A stretch of 64,000 bases of DNA, from assembly GCA_028820845.1 (NCBI GenBank), contig JAPPII010000061.1:1889-65888 (forward strand). The letters run 5' to 3'. The notes under the pieces are model-generated. The model was given only the letters and a program-made list of their open reading frames with translations. It made no database searches and was not told where the DNA came from. Below, in pieces: positions 9,868-17,807 of this stretch. Within the stretch, counting starts at the first letter, position 1; each line of letters begins with the position of its first letter. The stretch is from Candidatus Poribacteria bacterium. GTDB taxonomy: Bacteria; Poribacteria; WGA-4E; WGA-3G. The position numbers were made by a program, and so were the translations under genes.

Positions 9868-10356
9868 ATGAATACTCCCATAAATTGCAGAATCATTATG
9901 TGCTGCGGTTCGTTTCCAAACAACCTCATTCCGAAAGTTTCCCTTCCCAAACACCGCATCCATAACTAACTTGAGATAATGACTCATTGTCGTATCGCAA
10001 TGTAGGTAGATACTGCCAGTATCTTTCAGAATACGCTTCATTTCCAGTAATCTGGCAGCCATGTAAATGAGATAAGATTTATCGCTGTTTGTCATAGCAG
10101 CATGGATAACTCGGTTCAGCGCAGGATGTTTCGTCTCAATGAGATCAAGCCAAGCGTTGTCTACGTCTGAAAGGGTCCACGTATCTTTGAATTCCGCACC
10201 AGCAGCTTTTGAACCTATAGGGGCTGCGTAGTTCGTCTTGCTATTAAATGGCGGGTCTAAATATATGAGATCAATGGATTCACTATTTATCCCACGCATG
10301 ATAGGCAGATTATCACCCGTGAATATCGTCTTTGGTTTGATATTTGTGGTTTCCAT
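9868..10356 (-). pseudogene. 5' fragment of a DNA methyltransferase (DPPF, probably N6-adenine), 3'-truncated by the IS3 element
   Basis: METTNIKPKTIFTGDNLPIM...IDLIYLDPPFNSKTNY...GSIYLHCD...FRNEVVWKR, then the frame runs into the IS end at 9867. The AdoMet-binding C-terminal part is missing. Confidence 0.75.
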
Positions 10357-10597
10357 ACAAAAGAACCTCAAAAATGTTATGAGATTTGTGACCGATATAG
10401 GTTGTGTCTGCTTCAATGATACCTTGTAGCAACACACCACCTTTTTCGCTATTTTTGACCGTATTATTATATACCAAGTGGTCTTTTGATTCAAGTCGAA
10501 ATCTCGTGCTAATGGGTGTAAAGTTTTTGACACTAAAGTCTCAAGCACACAATCCGCAATTACCAATTCCTATCCGCGAACCGCTAATGCATTTTAC

Positions 10598-10626
10598 TTG
10601 ACATTAGTTAGCAAATAGAGTATAAT
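10598..10626 (+). promoter_or_regulatory. consensus sigma70-type promoter (TTGACA-17 nt-TATAAT)
   Basis: TTGACA at 10598-10603, 17-nt spacer, TATAAT at 10621-10626. It faces a ~430-bp region with no ORF. Confidence 0.6.
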
Positions 10627-11009
10627 GTAACCTAAGTTGCTAGTTTGTAGCATAACCTGTTAGGTTGTGCATCTGAGGACGCAAACTAACAGTTTGCGGT
10701 ACAAAATGCCTGGATCATCGACAGTTTTGCGTAAAAAACGAGGTATACATGTCTAAAATCGTGTAAGTAGGAACTTGGATTATAATATAATAAGACTTTC
10801 CAAAAAAGTGAATATTGTATCAAGCTACAAAACCCTGGCGCGGAAACCGACACACATTTCCAGCACCTATAAGTTTCTTGCTGACTGCCAATAGCCAGTA
10901 GCGAGAAAAAATGTTACACTTTTCGCCAAATTATTTTTTTTATAAGAAAAAATTAAACGTCAACAAACCCCTACGGGGACTGGGTTCTCTAACGTTACAC
11001 GCCACACAC

Positions 11010-11035
11010 AAAATGTTACACTGGTGTAACATTTT
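11010..11035. promoter_or_regulatory. perfect 12+12-bp palindrome AAAATGTTACAC-TG-GTGTAACATTTT, candidate operator
   Basis: Ends 17 nt before the ankyrin gene ATG. Related half-sites are AAAAATGTTACAC at 10907-10919 and AACGTTACAC at 10991-11000. Confidence 0.5.
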
Positions 11036-11052
11036 TAAGAAGGAAAATACTA

Positions 11053-12315
11053 ATGACAAAGAAGCAGGCGTTTATTACAGCAGTCGAAAATGGCGATGCA
11101 TGGACAGTTGAAAACCTATTGGCAACGAATGAAACACTCGCTGCACAACTTGATGCGCCGTGGTTCAGTTTCGATGCCCCGGCGATTGTGTTTGCTGCTG
11201 CCTCCGGCAACCGTGAGCTTATTGATGTTCTACTCGATGCTGGGGCGGATATTGATGTCAAAAGCAGTTGGTGGGCAGGCGGTGCCTCAGCGTTACATCA
11301 CGCTACGGGTTCTATGCTGAATTACAACAGAGAACTCGCTGAATATCTGATTGAACGGGGGGCGACAATTGACGCGCACGCCGCCGCGGGCTTGGATATG
11401 TCCGAAAAACTTGCTGAGTTAATTCGCGAAAATCCGGAAGTCGTCAACGAACCGGGATGTGATGGCATGTCTCCACTCCATTTCGCTGCGACCCCAAGAA
11501 TCGCTGAACTGCTGCTTGCACACGGCGCGGATATAAATCTCCGAGACCGCGACCATAACGGCACACCGGCACAGTGGACACTGGGGAGTCGTCCTGAAGT
11601 CTGTCAATATCTTCTTGAACAAGGGGCGGAAGGCGATATGGTGCTCTATTGTGTAACTGGAGACGTTGAACGGGCGAAAGCCGTATTACAGGAAAATCCT
11701 GCGCTTCTTGATTTACGGATAGATCATAAAGTTCCAGAAGGTTATACGATAGCGTCCCACGACGCTGAAGGAATAGGTGAGGTTCCGGGGGCGCATGTTT
11801 ATGCCTATAAAGTTGGACCAACCATGCGACTGCTTGAGATTGCGCTACAGGCAAAGCAGGCAGCGATCATCAAGATGCTGATGGAATGTGGTTATCAAAT
11901 CAAGCTCCGAGAGTGGTATATGATTGCTGGACAGGGGCCGCGCAATATGGACAGACTTGTAAAGATGTTTCTCGGAAAAGGTTTGGATATCAATGCGCGT
12001 CAGAAGCATCGGCGTGGCGTATGGGCACCGTTGCATTGGGTGGCGCAACGCGGTCTGACAGATGGCATTTCATGTCTATTAGAGAATGGAGCAGATCCGA
12101 ATATAACTGACGACCAAGGACGCACGCCGATCCATATCATCGCACAGAAGGGAATAGGGAAAAACCAGATCCAGTTACTCATGAAACACGGCGGCAACGT
12201 TAGCATACGCGATGCAGAGGGTCAAACGCCTCTGGATTATGCACAGAAGGCGAAAAGAAAGTCTGCTGCAAGTTTCCTCACAGAATATGCAAATCGCGCA
12301 CAGGAACCGACTTAA
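11053..12315 (+). CDS. ankyrin-repeat protein
   Basis: Repeated ...G(A/N)..L(H/I).A...G...(L/I)(V/L)..LL..GADI(N/D)... units, e.g. SPLHFAATPRIAELLLAHGADINLRD and APLHWVAQRGLTDGISCLLENGADPNITD. Confidence 0.9.
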   Translation: MTKKQAFITAVENGDAWTVENLLATNETLAAQLDAPWFSFDAPAIVFAAASGNRELIDVLLDAGADIDVKSSWWAGGASALHHATGSMLNYNRELAEYLIERGATIDAHAAAGLDMSEKLAELIRENPEVVNEPGCDGMSPLHFAATPRIAELLLAHGADINLRDRDHNGTPAQWTLGSRPEVCQYLLEQGAEGDMVLYCVTGDVERAKAVLQENPALLDLRIDHKVPEGYTIASHDAEGIGEVPGAHVYAYKVGPTMRLLEIALQAKQAAIIKMLMECGYQIKLREWYMIAGQGPRNMDRLVKMFLGKGLDINARQKHRRGVWAPLHWVAQRGLTDGISCLLENGADPNITDDQGRTPIHIIAQKGIGKNQIQLLMKHGGNVSIRDAEGQTPLDYAQKAKRKSAASFLTEYANRAQEPT

Positions 12316-12325
12316 TTCTGACGAG

Positions 12326-12355
12326 AAAATTTGAAACACATATCAAATTTTTTTC
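12326..12355 (+). terminator. weak AT-rich hairpin plus T-run after the ankyrin gene
   Basis: AAAATTTGA-aacacata-TCAAATTTT followed by TTT. The stem is all A/T, so it is of low stability. Confidence 0.3.
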
Positions 12356-12388
12356 GTGAATTGTTAATGAAATATTTTTATTTTTCGG

Positions 12389-12418
12389 TTGACATTTTTC
12401 TTTTTATAATAGTATAAT
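12389..12418 (+). promoter_or_regulatory. sigma70-type promoter for the Rieske pair
   Basis: TTGACA at 12389-12394, 18-nt spacer, TATAAT at 12413-12418. Confidence 0.5.
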
Positions 12419-12495
12419 AATAAATGTTAGTTAAGTAAAATTGTGTAGAGGTTAGTTTTCGTTATAGTGTTCTGGCACATCTAAATTGAGAGGTA

Positions 12496-12556
12496 GTTCG
12501 TAGTAGGGCAATTCATTGCCGGTTTCTGACGTGCGATAAATCGCACTACTACGAAC
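12496..12556. repeat. REPIN-like inverted doublet of GTAG-headed REP elements
   Basis: 12496-12520 is GTTCGTAGTAGGGCAATTCATTGCC. The reverse complement of 12531-12556 is GTTCGTAGTAGTGCGATTTATCGCAC. The two are separated by 10 nt. Confidence 0.75.
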
Positions 12557-12626
12557 CGGGGTTTCCCCATCATTTGAAGGTTGACAAACTAATAGTGTGG
12601 AACACAATTTGGAGGAACATGAAATC

Positions 12627-14363
12627 ATGGAGCATCGAACAGAAAACTGGGTGAAAGTCGCTGAGTTAAGTGAGGTTCCTGAGGGACAATCGAAGGCGAT
12701 TCGGATGGGCGAAGGGCGTAGTATTGCGCTCTTCAACGTTGAAGGGCGGATTTACGCAACGGATAATCAGTGTCCGCACATGGGGTATCCACTCACGCGC
12801 GGCACCGTCCGTAACGGCATCCTTACATGTGATTGGCACCGCCGCAGTTTCGATTTGGAAGGTGGTGGTTGCTTCCATGTTGAATGCGACGACTTACGGA
12901 CTTTTCCGGTTGATGTCCGCGGTAGCGAGATTTGGATAGAACCGGGAGATATGATCTATCGGCGTGCAGAAGAACACAAGCAGTTGCTTCGAGAAGGACT
13001 TTTAAGTGAAGACCGATGGACGATGTCCAAGGCGATTTCGCTTCTATTAAAGGGAGGTGTGCCGGAAGAAGAGGTCATGGGAACGATCTTAGCACACGTC
13101 AGCCGACACATCGCGAGTTCTCACGACGCAGAGGGCGGTAGCGACGTTTCCCGGCTCGTCAACGGACTCAAAGTCGGACGCAGATACACAGATGCAGATA
13201 GACTGATTGCGGTTACGACTGCGGCTTGCTCGGCTGCGGGACCCGCATCCGAACGGCTTGAAGTTGTTCCATTACCAGAACCTGTCACATGGGAAAAGAT
13301 AAGTCGGTGGATTCGTAACTTCTCTTATGAAGGGCAATCTGGACGCATTGAGCGGTGTCTGTTCACGGCATATCATAAAGGGGATGCCGATAAGTTGCGT
13401 CCTTTATTGTTTGCGTGTGCCGTTGAACCACATTTTATCGACCTGCCCCATATTCCGCTTTATGTCAGTTATCTCTCAGAAGTGGTTGATGAATTTGGGT
13501 GGGAGCACGCATCCGAGTTATTTTTCTATCTCGGTGCCAGACTTGTCGGACATCGTCCAGATGAGCCAGAACGCTACCGACGGGATGCAATCCAAATTAT
13601 GCGTCAGATACTTCCGAGTGTTGAAAATGCTGACTTGGAGCGAACTGTTGAATTTGACGAAGATACTTTTGTTGAAGCGTTGACGAGTGTCAATCTCCAG
13701 CGAGCATTTGAAGCGGTACAAACCGTTTTGGTTGATGGTGTTAAGTTGGAGGGTCTTATTACAACGCTGGTGCTTCTCGCGGCGGATCGGATGGCACATA
13801 CACCGGTAAACGTGGATGCGGGTTGGGAGAACTTGACAACGGAACTCAACCTTGCAGCATCTCTGCGAAGTGCGCAACGCGTGGGTGGCAACGAAATTGC
13901 AGCGAAAGGCGTTTTTCACGTTGTGTGGCAAATCTTCGCGAACCGCTGGATAAACATTCCCTCACGCGCGCTCAGTCAACCGCTGCGTCAAGAAAAACTG
14001 GATGTCCCGGATCAAGCCGAGGGTATCAAGTCTATCATTCGTACAATTCAGACCCTCGATGTCCAAAAGGTCGGACCGCAAGTGCTCGGTTATCTGAATG
14101 CCGGTTATTGTCCTGAACAGTTGCTTGAAGATATTGGACATACGGTTCTCTGGGATGATACTGGAAGTCAGATACTTCCGACGTTACGCACCGTATTTGA
14201 GGAATGGCAGTACGCCGAAGGGCATCCCGCTCAGGCGCAACTTTTGGTCGGATTGGCGCGCTATGTCACGGATATCCGAACAAACAAAGATAATAGGTCT
14301 GCGGCTACAACGGCGATGCGTTTTGCTGAAGGTAGAACAACAATTGAGGTCTTTGAGGAATAA
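12627..14363 (+). CDS. Rieske [2Fe-2S] domain protein fused to a ~470-aa unassigned domain (paralog 1)
   Basis: CPHMGYPLTRGTVRNGILTCDWH fits CxH-x16-CxxH. ATG 12627 has GGAGGA 10 nt upstream. I cannot name a family for the C-terminal region. Confidence 0.85.
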   Translation: MEHRTENWVKVAELSEVPEGQSKAIRMGEGRSIALFNVEGRIYATDNQCPHMGYPLTRGTVRNGILTCDWHRRSFDLEGGGCFHVECDDLRTFPVDVRGSEIWIEPGDMIYRRAEEHKQLLREGLLSEDRWTMSKAISLLLKGGVPEEEVMGTILAHVSRHIASSHDAEGGSDVSRLVNGLKVGRRYTDADRLIAVTTAACSAAGPASERLEVVPLPEPVTWEKISRWIRNFSYEGQSGRIERCLFTAYHKGDADKLRPLLFACAVEPHFIDLPHIPLYVSYLSEVVDEFGWEHASELFFYLGARLVGHRPDEPERYRRDAIQIMRQILPSVENADLERTVEFDEDTFVEALTSVNLQRAFEAVQTVLVDGVKLEGLITTLVLLAADRMAHTPVNVDAGWENLTTELNLAASLRSAQRVGGNEIAAKGVFHVVWQIFANRWINIPSRALSQPLRQEKLDVPDQAEGIKSIIRTIQTLDVQKVGPQVLGYLNAGYCPEQLLEDIGHTVLWDDTGSQILPTLRTVFEEWQYAEGHPAQAQLLVGLARYVTDIRTNKDNRSAATTAMRFAEGRTTIEVFEE

Positions 14364-14378
14364 AAGGAGAGAAAGACA

Positions 14379-16112
14379 GTGTTAGAGAATACCAATTTCG
14401 TCAAGGTTGCTGCCCGCAGCGATGTAGCGGAAGGGAAACCGAGGGCAGTTAGAGTTGAAGGACATAGCATCGCTCTGTTTCAGCATGAGGGTGCTATCTA
14501 TGCGACGGATAATCAATGTCCACACATGGGGTATCCATTGGTGAGAGGGCGCGTCAGGAGAGGCGTTTTATCGTGTGATTGGCACGGCTGGAGTTACGAC
14601 ATGGAGGGTGGCGGATGCTTTACGGGGGGTTGTGATGACCTCGCCACGTTTCCTGTTGAGGTGCGGAATGGTGATATCTATGTGGATGTCGCCAGTGGCG
14701 GTAAGAAACGCGACGATGCCCATTTTTTGCTCCTAAAGGAGGGCTTATTAACGACGGACAACTGGACGCTTTCTAAAGCGATTGCGATTATGTTAGCGAA
14801 AGGTGTTTCCGAAGAAGAGACCTTGGAATTGATGGTCAAACACATGGGGCAACATGTCTCTACAGATCAGGATGCGTTCAATGGTGGCAGAAAGTTGGCG
14901 ATGCTGATGAACGGCGTAAAGGTCGCCCGTATGTACGAACCCGAAGATCGACTTATCCCGTTGATGTTGGCGGCAGAGGGTGCAGCGGGTAGATTGGGAG
15001 ATAGACCCGATCGCCGTCCTCTTCCCCCACCGATTGATTGGCAGAAACTAAAAGACTGGATTCGGGTGTTCACCGCTGATAAAGAATGGGAGGGTATCGA
15101 AAAGTGTCTGATCACGGCGCGACGGTTAGGCGGACAGGATGAAAAAATTGTACCACTCCTGTTTGAATGTGCCGTTCAACCCTTCTTCATCAATCATTCC
15201 AGAAATCTCATTAATCTTGGACACTTGGCTGAGTTGTTGGATCGGTTTGGATGGGAGTTGACTGAGGAGTTAGTCTGCAACCTCGGCGCAAAGATTCTGG
15301 GTGAGGGACGCGGCAGACCGAGTGAACTTCATCGTGAAGCGATCCAAAAACTGGAAGAAATCAGTCCTCTCTTTGATGAACTTCCACAGGGGACATCTGT
15401 TGATTATGACGAAGATAAATTCTCGGCGGCTCTGGTCAGTGGTGATCTCAATGAGGTTTTTGATACACTAACGGAAATGCTTGCCGCGGGTGTTCCGATT
15501 AACGATCTTGCTACAACTATGGTTATGATGGCAGGCGATAGAATGGCACGGACACCGGTGAACATGAGTCCAGGTTGGTGGGACCTACAAGAAGAGATGG
15601 AGTTGGGAGCGACTGTGAGAAAGGTGCTTCGGTATGGTGGAACGAAAGTCGCCGCGAAGGCACTTTATCATGCAGCGTGGCGGTTTTTCGAGAACCGATG
15701 GCTTAACATTCGCTATCAACCTATCACAGCGTCGAGAACATCTACAAATCGTGTTGTTCTTGATGAGGATGTAGTGCTTTCGGAGATCTTAGATGGGATT
15801 GAGTCTGTCCGTATTCAGGAAATCGGACGACGTACCCGTGAGTATCTTAATGCTGGATGCTCTGCGGAGCGGTTGATGGCTGAAATGGGACTGAGTATTC
15901 TTAAGGATGATAACGGTCACCATCTGCTCAGTTCAATTTATATGGTGTCTGAGGAGTGGAAAACGTGTGGATCCCATCCTGGGAGAAATCAACTGATAGT
16001 TGGATTGGCGCGATGGGCAACCGATATTCGCAGAAACGCCGGAAATGATTCCGCTGTTCAGACGGCTCACCGTTTCGCGCGCGGTGAAACCGCGACGGAA
16101 CTCTATGAATAG
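14379..16112 (+). CDS. Rieske [2Fe-2S] domain protein fused to a ~470-aa unassigned domain (paralog 2)
   Basis: CPHMGYPLVRGRVRRGVLSCDWH. GTG start with AAGGAGAG upstream. Collinear similarity to paralog 1 over the full length. Confidence 0.85.
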   Translation: MLENTNFVKVAARSDVAEGKPRAVRVEGHSIALFQHEGAIYATDNQCPHMGYPLVRGRVRRGVLSCDWHGWSYDMEGGGCFTGGCDDLATFPVEVRNGDIYVDVASGGKKRDDAHFLLLKEGLLTTDNWTLSKAIAIMLAKGVSEEETLELMVKHMGQHVSTDQDAFNGGRKLAMLMNGVKVARMYEPEDRLIPLMLAAEGAAGRLGDRPDRRPLPPPIDWQKLKDWIRVFTADKEWEGIEKCLITARRLGGQDEKIVPLLFECAVQPFFINHSRNLINLGHLAELLDRFGWELTEELVCNLGAKILGEGRGRPSELHREAIQKLEEISPLFDELPQGTSVDYDEDKFSAALVSGDLNEVFDTLTEMLAAGVPINDLATTMVMMAGDRMARTPVNMSPGWWDLQEEMELGATVRKVLRYGGTKVAAKALYHAAWRFFENRWLNIRYQPITASRTSTNRVVLDEDVVLSEILDGIESVRIQEIGRRTREYLNAGCSAERLMAEMGLSILKDDNGHHLLSSIYMVSEEWKTCGSHPGRNQLIVGLARWATDIRRNAGNDSAVQTAHRFARGETATELYE

Positions 16113-16120
16113 GACATATA

Positions 16121-16158
16121 GTAGGGCGAGGTTCCAATGCCTCAGCCCTACTTTTTTT
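16121..16158 (+). terminator. rho-independent terminator (GTAG-headed hairpin plus T7)
   Basis: GTAGGGCGAGG-ttccaatg-CCTCAGCCCTAC (7 bp, a bulge, then 4 bp) followed by TTTTTTT. Confidence 0.75.
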
Positions 16159-16163
16159 ATATT

Positions 16164-17210
16164 ATGAAGAATTTACTTGCACTTTTTTTCTTTAATGTGT
16201 TATGCCTATCAGTACAAGGCGCGACGTTGGAATTTGCCTTTCAACTTGGTGAGAAGCAGGACCCTCGACTTGATAGACTCCTGCCTGATGTCGCGCGACA
16301 GATGGCCTTCAACAAAGACGGTACGAGGTTGATTGTTAAACAGATGGACGGCACCGTCGTGATGTGGGATGTCCAGACACGGCAGAATCGAACTATTTGT
16401 ACCGTCCCCGAAAAGCGATGGTTTGCCTATGCTGTTGATGCGGATCAACTCCTCATCAAAACAGCAGATGAGAGCATTGCTGTCGTCCATCTTGCATCCA
16501 ACGCTGAGCTCACACTGACAAAAGGTGCTTATGAGAGTGGTAGCCTGTCGGCTAACGGCACGTTGGCGGTATTATCGGAAGGTGATGAGCAGATTGAGAT
16601 GTGGCAGATAGAGTTCTCGGATACCACAGAAGCACTTGAGGGAGAACAAGTCCGCCCGCAGAGATTGAAGACTTTGGAGACAGCAATGCCCATTCGGAAC
16701 GGTCTCGCTCTTTCTCGTGATGGTCGGTTCATTGCTGCGGCAGCAGGGAGTTACCGAGATGGTGAGGGGCATCGGACGGCTATTGAGATTTGGAACGCTG
16801 CCGCGGGACGTCCAATGCATATTTTTGACACCGGCGAGATTTTAGGGGTCTGGAATGTGTTGTTCTCAGCAGATGCGAGGTTGTTAGCTGTTGACACACA
16901 GAAGAACGCTCAGTCTGGAATCCGCGTTTGGGAAATTGAGACCGGCAGGCAACTTCTCGCAAAATCTGGGTTTGAAGCGTATTGGACCCGAGCACTTGCT
17001 TTTTCACCAAGTGGTAAATATCTTGCTTCAGGTGATGAAGCTGCGAATCTCCGGGTGTGGGACATCTCCGAGGGTGAAACGGTAATTTGGGAAACCTATC
17101 CGACTGGCATTCAATCGTTAGCCTTCTCGCCTAACGGCGACTATTTAGCGGTAGCACTTTGGGATGCCACAATTCAGATGCTACGTTGGAGGGACAATAG
17201 TGAACGGTGA
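16164..17210 (+). CDS. WD40-repeat protein with signal peptide
   Basis: MKNLLALFFFNVLCLSVQGA signal. Repeats end in VMWD, IEIWN, IRVWE and LRVWD. ATG 16164 was chosen because ATG 16137 lies in the terminator loop. Confidence 0.85.
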   Translation: MKNLLALFFFNVLCLSVQGATLEFAFQLGEKQDPRLDRLLPDVARQMAFNKDGTRLIVKQMDGTVVMWDVQTRQNRTICTVPEKRWFAYAVDADQLLIKTADESIAVVHLASNAELTLTKGAYESGSLSANGTLAVLSEGDEQIEMWQIEFSDTTEALEGEQVRPQRLKTLETAMPIRNGLALSRDGRFIAAAAGSYRDGEGHRTAIEIWNAAAGRPMHIFDTGEILGVWNVLFSADARLLAVDTQKNAQSGIRVWEIETGRQLLAKSGFEAYWTRALAFSPSGKYLASGDEAANLRVWDISEGETVIWETYPTGIQSLAFSPNGDYLAVALWDATIQMLRWRDNSER

Positions 17211-17718
17211 GAAAAATTTAGAAGACGGCTCTTACGTTGATGCGAAGGGACGGACACGTTGGCATGAAAACGATGAAATTGCGCTAAGACTCTTGGAGCT
17301 CCATACCTTCCTAATTATTGCGGACTATCCAGAAGACCACGCATCACGATACCCGCGCCTCTCGCATTCTATCTCTCGCTTTCCAGAGCCGGTGTCGGAT
17401 TTAATCGCACAGGGACGGTTGATAGAGGAAATTGGAGGGGTCGGGGAAATCATTGCGGAAATTATCAGGGAATTCGTAGAAACGGGTACAAGCGGGAAAT
17501 TGGAGGAGTTCGCCGGTGATACCCCCCGAACGGTCGTTGAGCTTGTGCCTATACCCGGACTCGGCGCCAAAACAATTAAGCGGTTATATGAAGAAGTCGG
17601 TGTAGAGAGTCTTGTTTCGCTCAGAGCGGCGATTGATGAAGGAAAACTCAAGGGTTTTCGCGGTATCGGCAAAAAGACGTTGGAAAAGATTGAAGCGTAT
17701 CTTGATGAGGCGTTATAG
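17200..17718 (+). CDS. helix-hairpin-helix protein resembling only the N-terminal 8-kDa/fingers region of family X DNA polymerases
   Basis: IGGVGEIIAEIIREFVETGTSGKLEE...LVPIPGLGAKTIKRLYEEVGVESL...FRGIGKKTLEKI. There is no palm, thumb or PHP part. GTG 17200 has GGAGGG upstream and overlaps the WD40 gene by 11 nt. Confidence 0.6.
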   Translation: MNGEKNLEDGSYVDAKGRTRWHENDEIALRLLELHTFLIIADYPEDHASRYPRLSHSISRFPEPVSDLIAQGRLIEEIGGVGEIIAEIIREFVETGTSGKLEEFAGDTPRTVVELVPIPGLGAKTIKRLYEEVGVESLVSLRAAIDEGKLKGFRGIGKKTLEKIEAYLDEAL

Positions 17719-17807
17719 GCGCGTGATTTATTATAAGGAATAAACCACATACTGGTTAGATTACCTCAACAGAGGACACGCAACGATTATCTGTGGAGTT
17801 AGGGCAG

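Noticed and set aside
16137-16163. Upstream ATG at 16137 for the WD40 gene
   Set aside because: It lies in the loop of the terminator hairpin and would translate through the T-run. ATG 16164 gives a canonical signal peptide.
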